A stretch of 64,000 nucleotides of DNA from the human T2T-CHM13v2.0 reference genome, Homo sapiens. Position numbers and translations under genes: made by a program. The DNA lies in NCBI RefSeq assembly GCF_009914755.1, contig NC_060928.1. One strand, written 5' to 3'. Of this stretch, positions 43,157 to 61,442 are shown in pieces (position 1 is the stretch's first letter; each line of letters opens with the position of its first letter). Below the pieces are notes generated by a model that had not been told where the DNA came from, ran no database searches, and saw nothing but the letters and a program-made list of their open reading frames with translations.

Positions 43157-43571
43157 TGTCAGGCCTCTGAGCCCAAGCTAAGCCATCATATACCCTGTGA
43201 CCTGCACGTACACCTCCAGATGGCCGGTTCCTGCCTTAGCTGATGACATTCCACCACAAAAGAAGTGAAAATGGCCGGTCCTTGCCTTAAGTGATGACAT
43301 TACCTTGTAAAAGTCCTTTTCCTGGCTCATCCTGGCTCGAAAATCTCCCCCAATGAGCACCTTGCAACCCCCACTCCTGCCCGCCAGAGAACAAACCCCC
43401 TTTGACTGTAATTTTCCTTTACCTGCCAAAATCCTATATAAAATGGCCCCACCCCTATCTCCCTTCGCTGACTCTTTTCGGATTCAGCCCACCTGCACCC
43501 AGGTGAAATAAACAGCTTTATTGCTCACACAAAGCCTGTTTGGTAGTCTCTTCACACGGACGTGCATGAAA
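43157..43571 (+). promoter_or_regulatory. 3' LTR7 with polyadenylation signal
   Basis: Preceded by PPT aagaagacaggaa; two U3 repeats; AATAAA near 43507. Confidence 0.9.
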
Positions 43572-44246
43572 TTAAGAATATCGTTTTTATTAAAAAATTA
43601 TGTTCTTAACTCTTTACCCTGAGGCACTGAAATTCTGAAAATTATCAGAAATGATGTCTACAAAATAATCAGTATGATCATGCAAGAAATAGAAGCTGTA
43701 TAAAAATTCATTTGAGTGTATTAGAATTTGGTCAAGCAACTTTAACTAGAGCTCTTTGGGAGAACAGTTCTACGTTTTGAAAATATCTCCCAAAATTTGT
43801 GTGTTGCAAACTGAATTCCCAATATGACAGTGTTGGGAGGTGGGGCCTGATGGGAAGTATTTAGATCATGAGGGCCCTGCCCTCATAAATAGGTTAATGT
43901 CTTTATTAAAAAGGCTTGCAGGAGTGGGCTCACTCTCTTACACACTTTGCCTTTACCACTTTCTACTGTGTGAGAACAGAACAGGAGTGCCCTCACTAGA
44001 TGCTGGACTTCCCAGCCTCTGCACCTGTGAGAAGTGTCTGTTTTTAATGAATTACCTAGTCTCAGGTATTCTGTTATGGAAGCACAAATCAGTACCAGAG
44101 AAATAGGGTTTTTCTATAACAAACATGTAAAAATGTGGAAGTGGCTTTGAAACTGGGTAAGAGGTAAAGGATGGAAAGATTTGAATGTGAAGGCTAAAAA
44201 AAGCCTAGATTGCCATAAAGAGGGTGTCAAGGGCGATTCTGGTGAG

Positions 44247-44677
44247 TTTCATGCGCATCCGTGTGAAGAGACCACCAAACAGGCTTTGTGGGAGCAAAGT
44301 GGCTGTTTATTTCACCTGGGTGCAGGTTGGCTGAGTCCGAAAAGAGAGTCAGCAAAGGGTAGTGGATTTTCATTAGTTCTTACAGGTTTTGGGATAGGCG
44401 GTGAAGTTAAGAGCAATGTTTTGCGGGCAGGGGTGGATCTCACAAAGTACATTCTCAAGGGTGGGGAGAATTACAAAGAAGCTTCTTAAGGGTGGGGGAG
44501 ATTACAAAGTACATTGATCAGTTCCAGTGGGGCAGAAACAAATCACAATGGTGGAATGTCATCAGTTAAGGCTATTTTTACTTCTTTTGTGGATCTTCAG
44601 TTACTTCAGGCCATCTGGATGTATACGTGCAAGTCATAGGGGATGCGATGGCTTGGCTTGGGCTCAGAGGCCTGACA
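44247..44677 (-). mobile_element. Solo HERV-H LTR, type II (LTR7B-like)
   Basis: Minus strand starts TGTCAGGCCTCTGAGCCCAAGCCAAGCC; type II repeats tttgtaatctcccccacccttaagaag; perfect TSD gtgag. Confidence 0.9.
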
Positions 44678-45657
44678 GTGAGGGCATAGAAGAAGAGAGC
44701 TGCAGGAAAAATCTGAAATTTCTTGGAGATTGCTTAAACTTAAGTGGTTGTGACCATAATGTTGTAGAAATATGGGCAATAAAGGCAATTCTGATGAGGT
44801 CTCAGACAGAAATCAGGAACAAGGTGCTGGCAACTGGGGGGAAAGGGCACCCTCCTTACAAATTGATAAAGGACTTGACTAAATTGTTTCCATGCCCAAG
44901 GGCTTTATGAAAAGCAGAATTTAGGAGTCATAAACTCTGATATCTGGTAGAAGAAATCTCTAAGCAGCAAAGCATTGAGAAGGCTGTATGGCTTCTCTTA
45001 ACTAACTAGTAAAATACAAGAAGAGAGAAATGATTTAGAGATGGAATTTATAATCAAAAGGGAAACAGAATATAGAGATTTTGAAAAGTTCAGCCTGGCC
45101 ATGTAAAGAATTTAAAAACATGTTTAGGAGGAAAAAAACAAGGGTGTGACCACACCATCCTTACTTTGTTAAGGAGATTAGTATGGCTAGAAGGGGGTGC
45201 TATTCATTAAGACAATGGGAGAATGACTCTGAAAACATTTGAGATCTTTGAAGCTGTCACTCCCATCACAGGCCTGGAATGCTAGAGCCTGGAAGGCAGA
45301 AAAGTTCTGAGGAAGGGAACACCACCAATGGGATGTCAGTGCTCCCCTCCCAGGGCAGCCTTGGGATTCTAGTCCCTGCATTCTGGTGCTGCACCCACAG
45401 ATGTGACTCAGACGGGCCTATGTGTGACTCTAGCCATTACTCCAGAAGATACAAGTGATAAACCTTGGTGGCATTCACATGGTGCTAATTCTGCTGGCAT
45501 GAGCTGTGGAGGCATAACTGCTTCCACCTAAATTTCAAATGATGCTGCAGAGACCTGCTGCAGGGGCAGAGCCACCACAGACAGTCCCCACTAAAGCAAT
45601 GCCTAATGGACTCATAAGGGCAGGGCTGCCCCCAACACCCCAGAACTGTAGGGCTAC

Positions 45658-46272
45658 TGTGGCAGACCAGATCTCACTAACGCAGGCCTCCATAACAACT
45701 GTTTCAGTACTGACTGAGTGGTTTAAGTTAAATATTAAAAGCCAGTGCCCTTATACAAAGGCTGGGATGTAACAAAAGCCCACCAAGAGTTTTGCCTAGG
45801 CCTTTCCTGAACCTTAAAGCATGATGAAACAAATTTTACTGGGAGTCTGAAGAAACTCCTCAGCTCTCCTCAAAAAAAAGATTATTGAGAGTCTGAAGGA
45901 ACTCCCCAGACCTCCGTGATTTAGCAGGAGACAAGATAAGGGAAATCACCCCAGCACCTAGACCCATTTAGATTAGGTAAATTTACTGAGGCTCCAGAGG
46001 AAGGTCTTCAAGACTCAGATCTTAGTTATAGAGTAAAATAAGTTCATCACTTATGTCTTTAGATGATTGCACGCTTACACATAGACATATAGCTTAGAAG
46101 GAATATAAGCTCTGGAAAACTTTGTAATTTTGAGTTTGTCTGGTAATAATTTCCAGGCTTTCTCCCTGTAACCAGTTACAGAAATAAAAACTCTCTTCCT
46201 CCCCAGTTCATCTGCATCTTGTTTATGGGCCATGAGAAATAGCAGCCGAACCCTCAGTTTGGTCCAGGAACA
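45658..46272 (+). mobile_element. Solo LTR (LTR32-like)
   Basis: TGTGGCAGACCAGATCTCACTAACGCAGGCC...GGTCCAGGAACA; AATAAA near 46183; flanking ctac duplicated. Family from recall. Confidence 0.7.
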
Positions 46273-47232
46273 CTACCAGTGTACAACAACAGCCTAGGAG
46301 AGCTACAAGCATGAGACTTCAACCTGTGAGTGCTGCTGTGTGGACTGAACCCAGCAAAGCCACAGGGGTGGGGCTGCCTGAGGTGTTGGGGGCCCAATCT
46401 CTGCTCCATTGTGCCCAGAAGGCACAACATGCAGTCAAGGATTATTCCCAAGCCTGAAAATGTAATGTTTTACCTGCTGGACTTTGGACTTAGTTGGGAC
46501 CTCTTACCCTTTTTCTCTTGTCTATTTCTGCCTTTTGGAATAGGAACGTCTATCCTATGCCTGACCCACCATGGTGCTTTGGAAGTGTGTAATTTGTTTT
46601 GATTTCACAGACTCATAGCTGGTGGGGAACTTGTCTTAGGATAAATCCTACGTTGAGTCTCGCCTATATGATATGTAGATGAGACCTTGGAATTAGACTT
46701 TAAAGTTGATGCTGGAATGACTTGAGAACTTTGGGAATGTTGGAATGAAATGGAATTGTTTGTGTGCAATGGACAAGAATTTGGGGGGCTGGGGCTGAAT
46801 GCTGTGGTTTCAATGTGTTCCCCAGAATGCATGTGTTCAAAACTGGGTCCCCAGTGCAACAGTGTTGGGAGGTGGGGCCTAATAGGAGGTAGAACCTTCA
46901 TAAGTAGATGAATGCCATTATCAAAGTGGCTCTAATTTAGCAGCAGTTTGTATCTTCAGAGTACGGGAACTTAACAACCCTGCCCAGTGGGTTCTCAAAA
47001 TGCGGCAGATCTGTCACAACTGTGTACACTTCATTTTCACCCTTTTTAAATGGGATTATTTATCAATTACCCACTCTCAGGTATTCTGTTTTAGCAGCAC
47101 AAAATGGACTCAGACAGTAGTCCTCTCCTGTCTCAAAACATCAACATACTAGATGATTTCTTCTTCTATTTTATTTCCATTTCTCAGTGGAATATGTTAC
47201 TAGACCTAGGATATGGCTGTTTTGCTAGACAC

Positions 47233-47700
47233 TGTGAAAGAAAAATAAATATTGGGGCCCAAAAATAAGCTAAAGGGAAAAGTCAAGCTGGGAACTGCTG
47301 AGAGTAAACCTGCCTCCCATTCTATTCCAAGTCACCTCTCTGCACACTGAGATAAATGTATATCTGATTGCCTCTTTTGGAGAGGCTAATCAGAAACTTA
47401 AACGAATGCAACCACTTGTCTCTTATCTTCCTATGACCTGGAAGCCTCCTCCGGGTTTCCAGTCATCTTGCCTTTGCTTCCAGTTGTCCTACCTTTCCAG
47501 ACCAAACCAATGTTCATCTTACATATGTTGATTGATGTCTCATGTCTCCCTAAAATGTATAAAACCAAACTATTCTCTTACCACCTTGGACACATGTCGT
47601 CAGGACCTCCTGAGGCTGTGTCATGGGTGCATGTCCCCAACCTTAGCAAAATAAACTTTCTAAATTAACTGAGATGTGTCTCAGATTTTGGGGGTTCACA
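47233..47700 (+). mobile_element. MER4A-type solo LTR
   Basis: tgtgaaagaaaaataaat...aagctaaagggaaaagtcaagctgggaactgc...ggggttcaca; near-TSD acac/acat. Confidence 0.85.
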
Positions 47701-48510
47701 ACATAAAATCTTGAAATTTTTATTTTTGTAATGGCAACTTATAATTTTGAACAATTTTTCTGCTGGTTCATACAAGCATTTAGCCCAGCAGAATGCCCTC
47801 CGCTAATGTAAATTTAAGACTTTGTCATTCAAACTCTTGTTTGCAAGAGACAAGTACCCAACTCATGCAGGCTTAAAGAAAAAGAAAATAATTGTATGCT
47901 AAAATTAAAAATTTAAGAAATAGATCTAAATTAAGCTCCTTGCTGGATTCAAGATTCAGTGAAGTTCATCTTGAATCTGGTGCTTTTCTTGGAACTAGGA
48001 TAGTAGAGTAAGCCCCATGCACACCCCACAGACAGTGAGAAGAGGAACATTCCTTTAATACAAAATCAAGGTTCTTTGAGAAGAATAAAGGAAAATGGAG
48101 GCAGGACAGACACAATATACCTTTTGTGGATCTAACGGGGTTATGTAAATTTCCAAAACTGCTTCCTGGGCATTGTCTAAACCCAGCTCTGCCAAAAGAC
48201 CACTGCTGTCCCTAAACAGGAAAATTTCCCATTGAGAGCTCTACAGTGCACATGTGCTTTGTAAAGAAAACATCCATCAACTCCTAATATCATTTCAAAT
48301 ATTTTTCTTCATTTAAATTTTAGCACAGAGGGCTCAGTCCTTCAGTCTATAATACTTCTCTCTAAAAGAAGTTTTCTTGTCAGTCAGACAGTTTTTTCAA
48401 AGATCCTCATTCCGCTCCTTCTTCCATTCTCATCCTTTCTCTTTTCAAATGAGTAAAGGACATGATCAGTTAATTTTCACCTCAAACACGTATTTGCTTT
48501 TTTAAAATAA

Positions 48511-51860
<3,350 letters not shown>

Positions 51861-52161
51861 ATGAGGTCTTCCATAGGTATCAGAAAAATGACACAATGAA
51901 CGTGGTTGCCTATTGCTAAGACCACCAACATTTCGAACTTGAGTTGACATAAACATATATTTTGCTGCTGTTTCTCAACTCCATTTTCTATTTTACTGAA
52001 CTATTACTTGAAATATTTTGTAGTTTATGCTCGGCTTGTCATTTAGATTTTGATAACAAAATATAATGTGTTTTAAATATTCTAAATGTTTTCAGGGAGT
52101 TAAAAATAAGAATAAGAACTCTAGAACAATGTTAAAATTGTAAACTCAAAGTGCAATTACC

Positions 52162-52463
<302 letters not shown>

Positions 52464-55400
52464 TTACCAAAAGTAATAACCTAAAGAATATTTGTTTTTA
52501 TCTTTTATGTTTTTGATGACCTTAAATAAATCAGTAAAAGTCTTAATTTTATTAGTTCTTCAAAATGTACAGTGTAGCAAAATTAATAATTAATACTTAT
52601 CTTCAAAACAAATTATCATGATCATTATTGGAACAAATTGATCATAATTAAGAATGGATGGTCGAGATCTGGTAAATAACCCCCTGATTATTTATAATTT
52701 TATTGTTGGACCAGAAAGGGCAAGTAGGAGATGTTGAGTCTGCCAGTTATTCGGACGTGTTTGTCATACAGCAGAATGTGAGTAGTGAAGGATTTTGTCA
52801 GTATTCAGAGTCCTTCAACCCTAACACCAAGATTTTAACAGGTGGTTCTACCCAGAAAAGAATGGCATTGGAAAGTAGAGTTTCTTTTTTATCTACAGGA
52901 AGAAATAATGCAGATTCCTCGCTCTGGCAAACAGCTTTGCATCAGACAACTGGTCTCTGCCATCCCCAGAAGTTTCCATATCAGTACCTCTGAAAAAATA
53001 AAATAAAAAAGCTTTCTTTCCAACTAAACAACAAGGCAGAAAGGAATATCAGTGGCCACAGGAGTTATCCTGGGAGGGTTCGAGAACAGTAGCCTTCTGT
53101 CAGAGGCCAGTATTTGGACAACTTGAGAAACTGCTAGTCTCCCAACAGGAGACAGCATATTAAAAAAAAAAAACTGCAGTAATTCATCAAAGTGTTTACT
53201 TTTCTTGAGTTCCCAGTAATCATTTGGGAGGGAACCCCAAAGAAGAATCGATTTGCTGGGGACTCAGAATCCTATTGCATATATTTTGAAGATTGAAAGA
53301 GTAGTAACCTTTCTTACAGATCCCAAACAGGTGAAACAGATCATATCCATAAAGTTAGATAATAAAATGCATTAATGCTAAAGTTATTGTCTACGATGCT
53401 ATTATTATTAAATAGAAATGACAAATGGAGGAAAAGTGCAGTAAATTATATACAATAGTCTGTAGGGAGTGTAAGACAATAGGTGCAAATGCCAAAATAA
53501 CTGAGAATGCTTTGAAATACAAAAAAATCACCTCTTTTAATTAGAAATTAATTTATTATTTGCTGTTAAGGTAAGTACCCTTTCCATAGTGACCCAGTAA
53601 GCTGCTGTAGATTTGTACATCAGAATGCAAGTTGATTTTTCTCTTCCCAGAGCAGGATTTGATCTAAAAAAACTTCGTTGTCCAAGATTGCTTACACTGT
53701 AAAAATTGAGCAAGAAAATAGAGTTAAACTCTGTGTGCAGCAATTATTCTTGCTGTCAGCAGGAGCAAAATTTGCCACCAAAGGAAAATCAAAAGTACTG
53801 TCATGTAGAAGTCAAACAGCACTCCTGAGTTCTTTCTTAGATTCCTAGTAAAAATCCTTGGCAAGAACTGCCGTGGCGCATAGTTTCATGAATGTGGGTG
53901 AAAACAGATTCAAGTAGCAGGTTTTGTATGGTCATGGAGTGCATTATTCTTTATAGAAATATAGCTAGTGGAGCACTGAGAAATTGTTTAGTCTGAGTTT
54001 AAGAATGGGTATTCTCTGAGGGCATCTACTCCTCTTTTCTATACATTTTGAGAGCATACCAGGCATTCCACCTGATCCAACATGCTATATGGCAATATAT
54101 TTTTCATATTATAACATATATCTATGTCTTTGTCATTTATCTCCTGGCCAAACAATTAATGAGAGGACTACCTTACTTTTGAGAGAAATCCCTTATTGGG
54201 CACATATCCTTGGGATATTCACTCTTACTTCACAATTTCTGTATCCTCAGTAACTATCCTACAGAGAACTAGAAAAATGTAAGGAGGAAAAGCTCCTGAT
54301 CAACAGACAAACTAACTTATAAGCAATAAGTTCCACCGGGAATGTCCTGCCAGCTCTCTGTGGCTTCCTGCCTTCCACCTCAAGATTGCCACCTGTCAAT
54401 ATGCTCATTAGCTTTGTATCTCACTCATACTGTGGTTCTCACTTTCAGAAGACAATGGACTCTGGTTTTATTTTTTTAAACAATGAATGTCACAGATTCT
54501 CCAAGAAATTCCTTACTCTTTCAAAAAGCAGGCAGGTTGTGCTTTTTAAAAAAGTTTCACTTTTAATTCTCTTCTAAAGAGACGTATTTATTTTATGTCC
54601 TTAAAATTGAAGATTTTGTTGACATATTATTTCTTCCTAGTTTAATTTTGCATTTTGCACTTTCTGATTAGGTGCAGGAAACCCTCAGAGATCTTTGGGC
54701 GCAGGCTACACTCAAACTTAGATATGTTATATTCAGAGCACAGAAATGATGCTTATCTGGAGACTGTCCCATAGACATTTTAGGACATTTGGCATTTGCT
54801 AAAGAAGGCTGCAGTCAGCAGGGGTGGGAAGTCAACGCTGCAGAAAGCCCTAGATGAAGCAGTGGTTGTGGTAGAGAAAAGGGGAGAGATGAAGAGACAT
54901 TAAGTGAGGGGGCTGGGCATGACAGCAGCCTCTCCATCCACGCAGGGAGAGGCGAGACTCCAAGGGCTGTCGAAGACAGATAAGCACGCATGCATGGAAT
55001 TCAATTTGTGCTGGTCTAGAAGTCAGCGATGCAGTGAATGACACCACCCCGCCCCACACCCCGCCAAGAGCTCCCTTGGATAGTTTGGAAATTAAACCTC
55101 CTTTTCAGACCTTCTGATAAGTAGCAGGCAGGGCAGCCCTGCTATGAAAAAGAGAGGGGAGACCAGCATGTACAGGATCTCAAGGGAAACTTCTATTTGG
55201 GGGTGAAAAAGTGCATTCATTACATAAAGTCACCGAGTTCAAAGTACTAGAAAACCCGTCCAAGCAAAGGCAATGCCATCAATGTTCTAGTTACTGTAGT
55301 TTGGGAAGCCATGAAGCAATGTTCTCAGAGGGAACAGCCAAGTGCTTATTCATATAAAAGAAGTCTACAGCATTAGAAATGAGCAAATGCTGTGAGTACC

Positions 55401-55832
55401 CTAGTTTCTTGCCAGCAAATATTCCTGAGGGCCTCCTAACCTCCCTGCCAAGAACAGGAACTACTCACCAAAAACAGTAACATTTTGGCCACTGAGAATA
55501 CCTCGGCTGCACTCCCTAACTGGTGCATACATTGAATATTAAAGAGTATAGGGAAGGACAAATTATAACAATTACATGGCCTCTACCCTGAAGGAACTTG
55601 TGTTCTTCTTGGAATAACAATAAACACGCAGAGTACAATGATCCTCATCTCTGGATCCTCCCTACTGAACCACTCCCTGGCCCGGCCAGGCTGGACTAAT
55701 TTCAGGCTCCTGGCTAAGCTTTCGGTACCTGCTCTTTCCTCTGCCTGAACTTTTTCTTCCCCATCCACCATCCCTACGTCCTCCTTCGTTTCAGACCTTC
55801 TTCCGGAATCTTTTCCTGATTCTTTAAATTGA

Positions 55833-56313
<481 letters not shown>

Positions 56314-56691
56314 TGCTCTCTCCTATATTCTTAGGACACAGATTTGTACCTGGACATAGTAGGAATTCAGTAGATGATCTCTGCCTAAGTGAAGTAAAAC
56401 TCCACTAAAGAGGTTTAAAGAGCTTAAAATTGTTTTACTAAGGTTTTTTTTTTTTTTTCTAATTTGAATAATATCAGCATTGAACTGTTTGCAAAAGTCT
56501 AGGGAACTCCTAAGGGGTCACTCCACTTGTCACAGGAGCTGAAGGAAGGATTTTTATACCAATAAACTGAAACAGGATAGTGTGTCCAGTTTGACAGTGT
56601 CTCTTTCCAGGATTCTTGTACTAACCACCTAATAGTCTGCTTTCTTCTGCTCTGACTCCCTACCTCACATGCCCGTGGAATTCATCCTTTA

Positions 56692-57119
<428 letters not shown>

Positions 57120-60100
57120 CTACTGAACATAGAACATAAAGCCTTCTGTTATTTGACCCCTGCCCACCTCCTCAACTTCAAATCTCATCAATTTATGCTT
57201 CAAAATATGTACTCTAACAAGATGAAACCATTTGTTTCCATTGCTATGTCACCTATTTGTGAATAATAAAATTACACAGATAATATGAAATCACTTACAT
57301 ATTTACCTAAAGCATAAACTCTACTGCCAAAGCAAAAGTATGGGAAATTATACCACTTCCTTTCATACTCTTCCCAATTGACAGGCAATCCTACAGTTTA
57401 CCTCCTTCTCTTCTTTAAAGCTATGTAGTGTCCGTTTTAAACTTAACTCTGCAGAATATTTTAAATGTATCTCATCGTATAGAATTATTAGAAGAGGAAG
57501 GAGTTCAGTGCTTAAGTATCTCTTCTACAACACACTACAGTGTAGACCGAATTTAAGGGACAATGAATCCACAGCATAGTCTTTGTGTACAATGAACTCA
57601 GTTATCGTGCATGGCCAGAACACGGTAACCCTTCATGGCCAGGAGTTTGTCCTCCTACCTGCACCTGACTGATGTCCTGTATCCTGCAGGGTTTACTGCT
57701 GTACCGATCCCCTTTACACTTTGATATCAAATCTATGATAGAGAACATAATAAAGAGCATTATTTTAGAGCAACTGCTAAATATTTTGATCAAAATTACA
57801 TTCATATAAAAAGCTACCTAGAATTGCCACTTCCCAATGCATTCTTAGAGAATTGCATACATTTTGTGGAATGAGGTGCAATGGAAACAGGCTAGCCATT
57901 GGTAATATAGATGTGAATCAAAGGCATGTATTATGTATAAATGCATAACTTTTAACCACTGAGTATTGCTGGAATAACACAGATGTGCCCCAGCTGTACT
58001 GCTAGAGGCTTTCAGCAACTTCCACATAAAAGCTATTTATTTCTAAGATTAGTTTATTTGACTTAGGTTGCAGTTATCATGACAATAGCAAATATATCTT
58101 GTTAACCGAGATTCTTATTTTAGTTTGAATTTGGCTCTCACGTTTTAAAAACATACTAAATTATTAACAATTCTAATAAATGAATACTCTTTCCCCCTTG
58201 ATATTCTATTATCTATTTAACATATTCAAATGTTTTAAGATTATATTCAAATTTTAAAAAATTATGCATATAAGAATATATTTCAGACCCCTTTTTCAAC
58301 TAATTTATATGAAATTGATATCCCTATGCAAGAAGTCATAAAAGGGGAAGAAAAATTTCCATGGTTCAAATTTAAGGCTTATTTTTTTCTCGTTTCTATA
58401 AGACCAGCTCAAATGTCAGCACATCAGCATATCATTTCATTTTCATTGAGCTGTTTGCCCGGTATTCACAAATCCAATTACTTTTCTGTAGCATCAAACA
58501 AGATTCTTATATGATTTTATTCTGCACTGAATTTCCTTCCTGCTGTTTTCTGCTTTGCTTGCTTAAAAAAAAAAATCTTCCATTTTTTGGTGATGTATCA
58601 GCAGGTTTCATCCTCATCATGGGTGAAACAAACATTCATCCAAGAAGTGAATAGCAGCCTTGCTTCACACATTGAATCTAGTTAAAATGAGGTATCATTG
58701 TACAGTTGTTTTCCTGCCAACGATAAGCTTTAGTTTATGACATATAAAACACAGGTCCTCACTTTACAGTTTACTTTTACTAAGGACCTGATCCTGGATT
58801 TTCTTATAAATTAAGCCTTCTTGACCTTCAAATCACCCCTCTTTACAGCAATATTTTTGTATTTATTATCCTACAGAATGTTTACATGTAAAAATTACCC
58901 TTTCTCTCACTCTTAAAGTAGATATAGATCATTCATTCAATTCGAAAGTGAAATTTGCATTTGTTACTTAACATTGGTCACAGAGAAAACATGATGGGAA
59001 CAAAGAATAGAGACAGATTAACTCAAGGCAAATTTGCAATAGCAACTCATCAGCGTTTGAGTGGCCTCACAGTGAGACACACACTGTCTCACATGTCAAC
59101 CTCTGTAAGCCTTTCCTACAGTTCAGACCATTATTATTTTAGAAATTGCAAAAATTGAAAACCTTCAAACAAATGAATGTCAATGGGAAATGTAGAGAAT
59201 TGGGCAACATGAATTTCAAATTCTCTCTCTCAGTGCTCCTGAAACTTGAGTCATTTAAATTATGTCACTATTTGGCATTAGTAATGCACTCTGTCGACAA
59301 GGAATAAATAAGAAGCAGGAACCTGAAGCTCCTAAATGAAGCTCAAAAATCCTTAAGGCATATTGCCATCAGGTGCATCATATGTTACTTAATTCTGTGT
59401 CACCCTTTCTATAAAGTAAATTGACAGAATTTGGAAACTGTATCTGTCTTTCAAGTTGAAATACCAACTAATATCATGGTGAATAGTTTACATTGGGTAA
59501 AATCCTTTCACTAACATATCAAGTGATTTCTTAACAACTTTGTAAATTGTAACTATACCTATTTTACAGCTGTGAAAATGGGATCAGCAAAGCTAAAAAC
59601 AAAACTTTATAACAGTCAGAAGATTAACTGTTACAGCTATGACAAGAACTTAGGCCATCTGATTCTGCCACCAGTGTCCCCACGATAAACAAAGTGATGA
59701 TGGGAGTTCACAGCCCCTTTCTTTGAGAAAATGGTCCTGCCCGTTAGTTATCTAATTTTTCTAAGTGTAATTTGCTCTTACAGTAGTATCTATTTGGACA
59801 CTGTAGCTGATTTTGAGCTACACATGCTGACTTAGATGTAATCACATTTCTGTATGCTTTCAGGCCTCAGTGATTAATTATTTCTGTGCCTGACATCACC
59901 ATAACAGGCCACCCAGAAATTCTGAATACAGAAAGATGCAGCCTATTTAATAATGGTAGTGAGTTTTAAGTGGCATATTGAAGGGGATTTTAGAATCTTT
60001 TCTTTTCTTGCTAACTTTAAAATGATAGCAGTTGAAAAAATGTTATATAACTAACTAGGCTCCTTTCTGCCTCAGAAACAAGTTTTATTGAGATGTCTGA

Positions 60101-60394
60101 CATAACAGGCTGATCATTTGCCTATGGTTCCTAGAGTTATAGAGGCAGAAGAAGCCCACAGTGCTCTCTCCACAATCACCCACTGACCCATGTGTCTTGC
60201 ACCAAATTTCAACTGATAATTTCTTTTTCTGTCATGTGTCTGTATTATGAAAATGTTTGTCCTTCTTCATTTAGATTATAAGCAGAAATCAGGGCAGATT
60301 GCATTGATGATTCTAATTCTCTACTGCAATTTGAGTCCTTTTACTGCTCACTCTTACCCTTTCCCCACACTTGTCCAAGGGCAGGAGAAGATGG

Positions 60395-61016
60395 GTGTTT
60401 CAGCTCAAGGAGGGTAGTAATTTGCTTTCCCTTTATGTTTTTGTTCTATTTGGCCCTCAGTGGGTTGGATGATGCCCACCCACATTGGTCCATTTTTGCA
60501 CTGCTGTAAAGAAATACCTGTAAGTGGTTAATTTATGAAGAAGAGAGAATTAATTGGCTCATGGTTCTGCAGGCAGTATAGGAAGCATGGTGGCTTCTGC
60601 TTCTTGGGAGGTCTCAGGAAACTTACAATCATGAGAGAAGGTGAAGGAGAACCAAGCATGTCCTACATCGACAGAGCAGGAGTAAGAGAGAGGGGGAAGG
60701 TGCTGCACACTTTAAGAAAATCAGACCTCACGAGAACTCATTCACTATCATGATGACAGGACCAAGGGGGATGGTGTTAAACCATGAGAAACCAACACCG
60801 AGATCTAATCACCTCCCACCAGGCCCTACCTCCAACATTGAGGACTACAATTAAACATGAGATTTGGGCAGGGACACAGATACAAACCATATCACTCAGT
60901 CTACTGATTCAAATGCTAATCACTTCCAGAAAGACCTCCACAGACATACGCAGGCATGTTTTACCAGCTATCTGGGTATCCCTTGACTCACTCGACACAT
61001 AATATTAACCATCACA
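60395..61016 (-). mobile_element. MLT2 (B/C/D-like) LTR remnant split by an MST
   Basis: ggttggatgatgcccacccacattgg...ctcagtctactgattcaaatgctaatc...attaaccatcaca. Confidence 0.75.
60489..60894 (-). mobile_element. MSTA-like MaLR LTR
   Basis: aaagaaatacctg...aattggctcatggttctgcagg...gagatttgggcagggacacagatacaaaccatatca. Confidence 0.85.
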
Positions 61017-61442
61017 ATGAGCTTTTACAGATGAGTGTATTAATATTACATTTTCCATTTCTACTCCCAAAAATCATTACAAACTTAAACATGATTCAGC
61101 AATGATGCAGTGATGGCTTTCAATAAATCATTGCTATTGATATCATGCCTTAAAATTCCAACTGTGAAAACTTGTCTATACTAGCCATGTTTGAACCTAG
61201 GGACTTGGCAGTATTTTCTTGGCGAATGGTTTTTAACATGAAAATAGAAATTTGTGTATAAATTAGAACATACACAATTTTATTTTATAACAAAATTAAT
61301 AATAATAACATTGTTCAATTAACTTTGAAGAAAGAGTAAGACAAGAAGACAAAACAGGCTGAAGACTGAAGTAGTGCCTGAGCAGAAAATATCTTACAGG
61401 CCATAGAAAGAAGTTTGGACTTTATCTAGGAGCAATGGGAAT

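Larger units (their letters stand above)
37721..43571 (+). mobile_element. HERV-H provirus, common env-deleted ~5.8-kb form
   Basis: Two LTR7s, 5-bp TSD ttaag (37716-37720 and 43572-43576), tRNA-His PBS, polypurine tract at 43144-43156, and gag/pro/pol remnants. Confidence 0.97.
43768..47116 (+). mobile_element. MST-type MaLR element (LTR-internal-LTR) carrying nested insertions
   Basis: LTRs at about 43768-44090 and 46800-47116 (cagtgttgggaggtggggcct...ctcaggtattctgtt). MaLR internal motifs aaaatgtggaagtggctttgaaactgggtaa and gaagaaatctctaagcagcaaagcatt. Confidence 0.8.

Noticed and set aside
37721-43571. Replication-competent or env-coding retrovirus
   Set aside because: gag and pol carry stops and deletions, the protease motif is degenerate, and env is essentially absent.
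58752-59095. Short 8-bp hairpins (caggtcct...aggacctg; gtgagaca...tgtctcac)
   Set aside because: Stems this short are expected by chance in 64 kb, and there is no supporting context.
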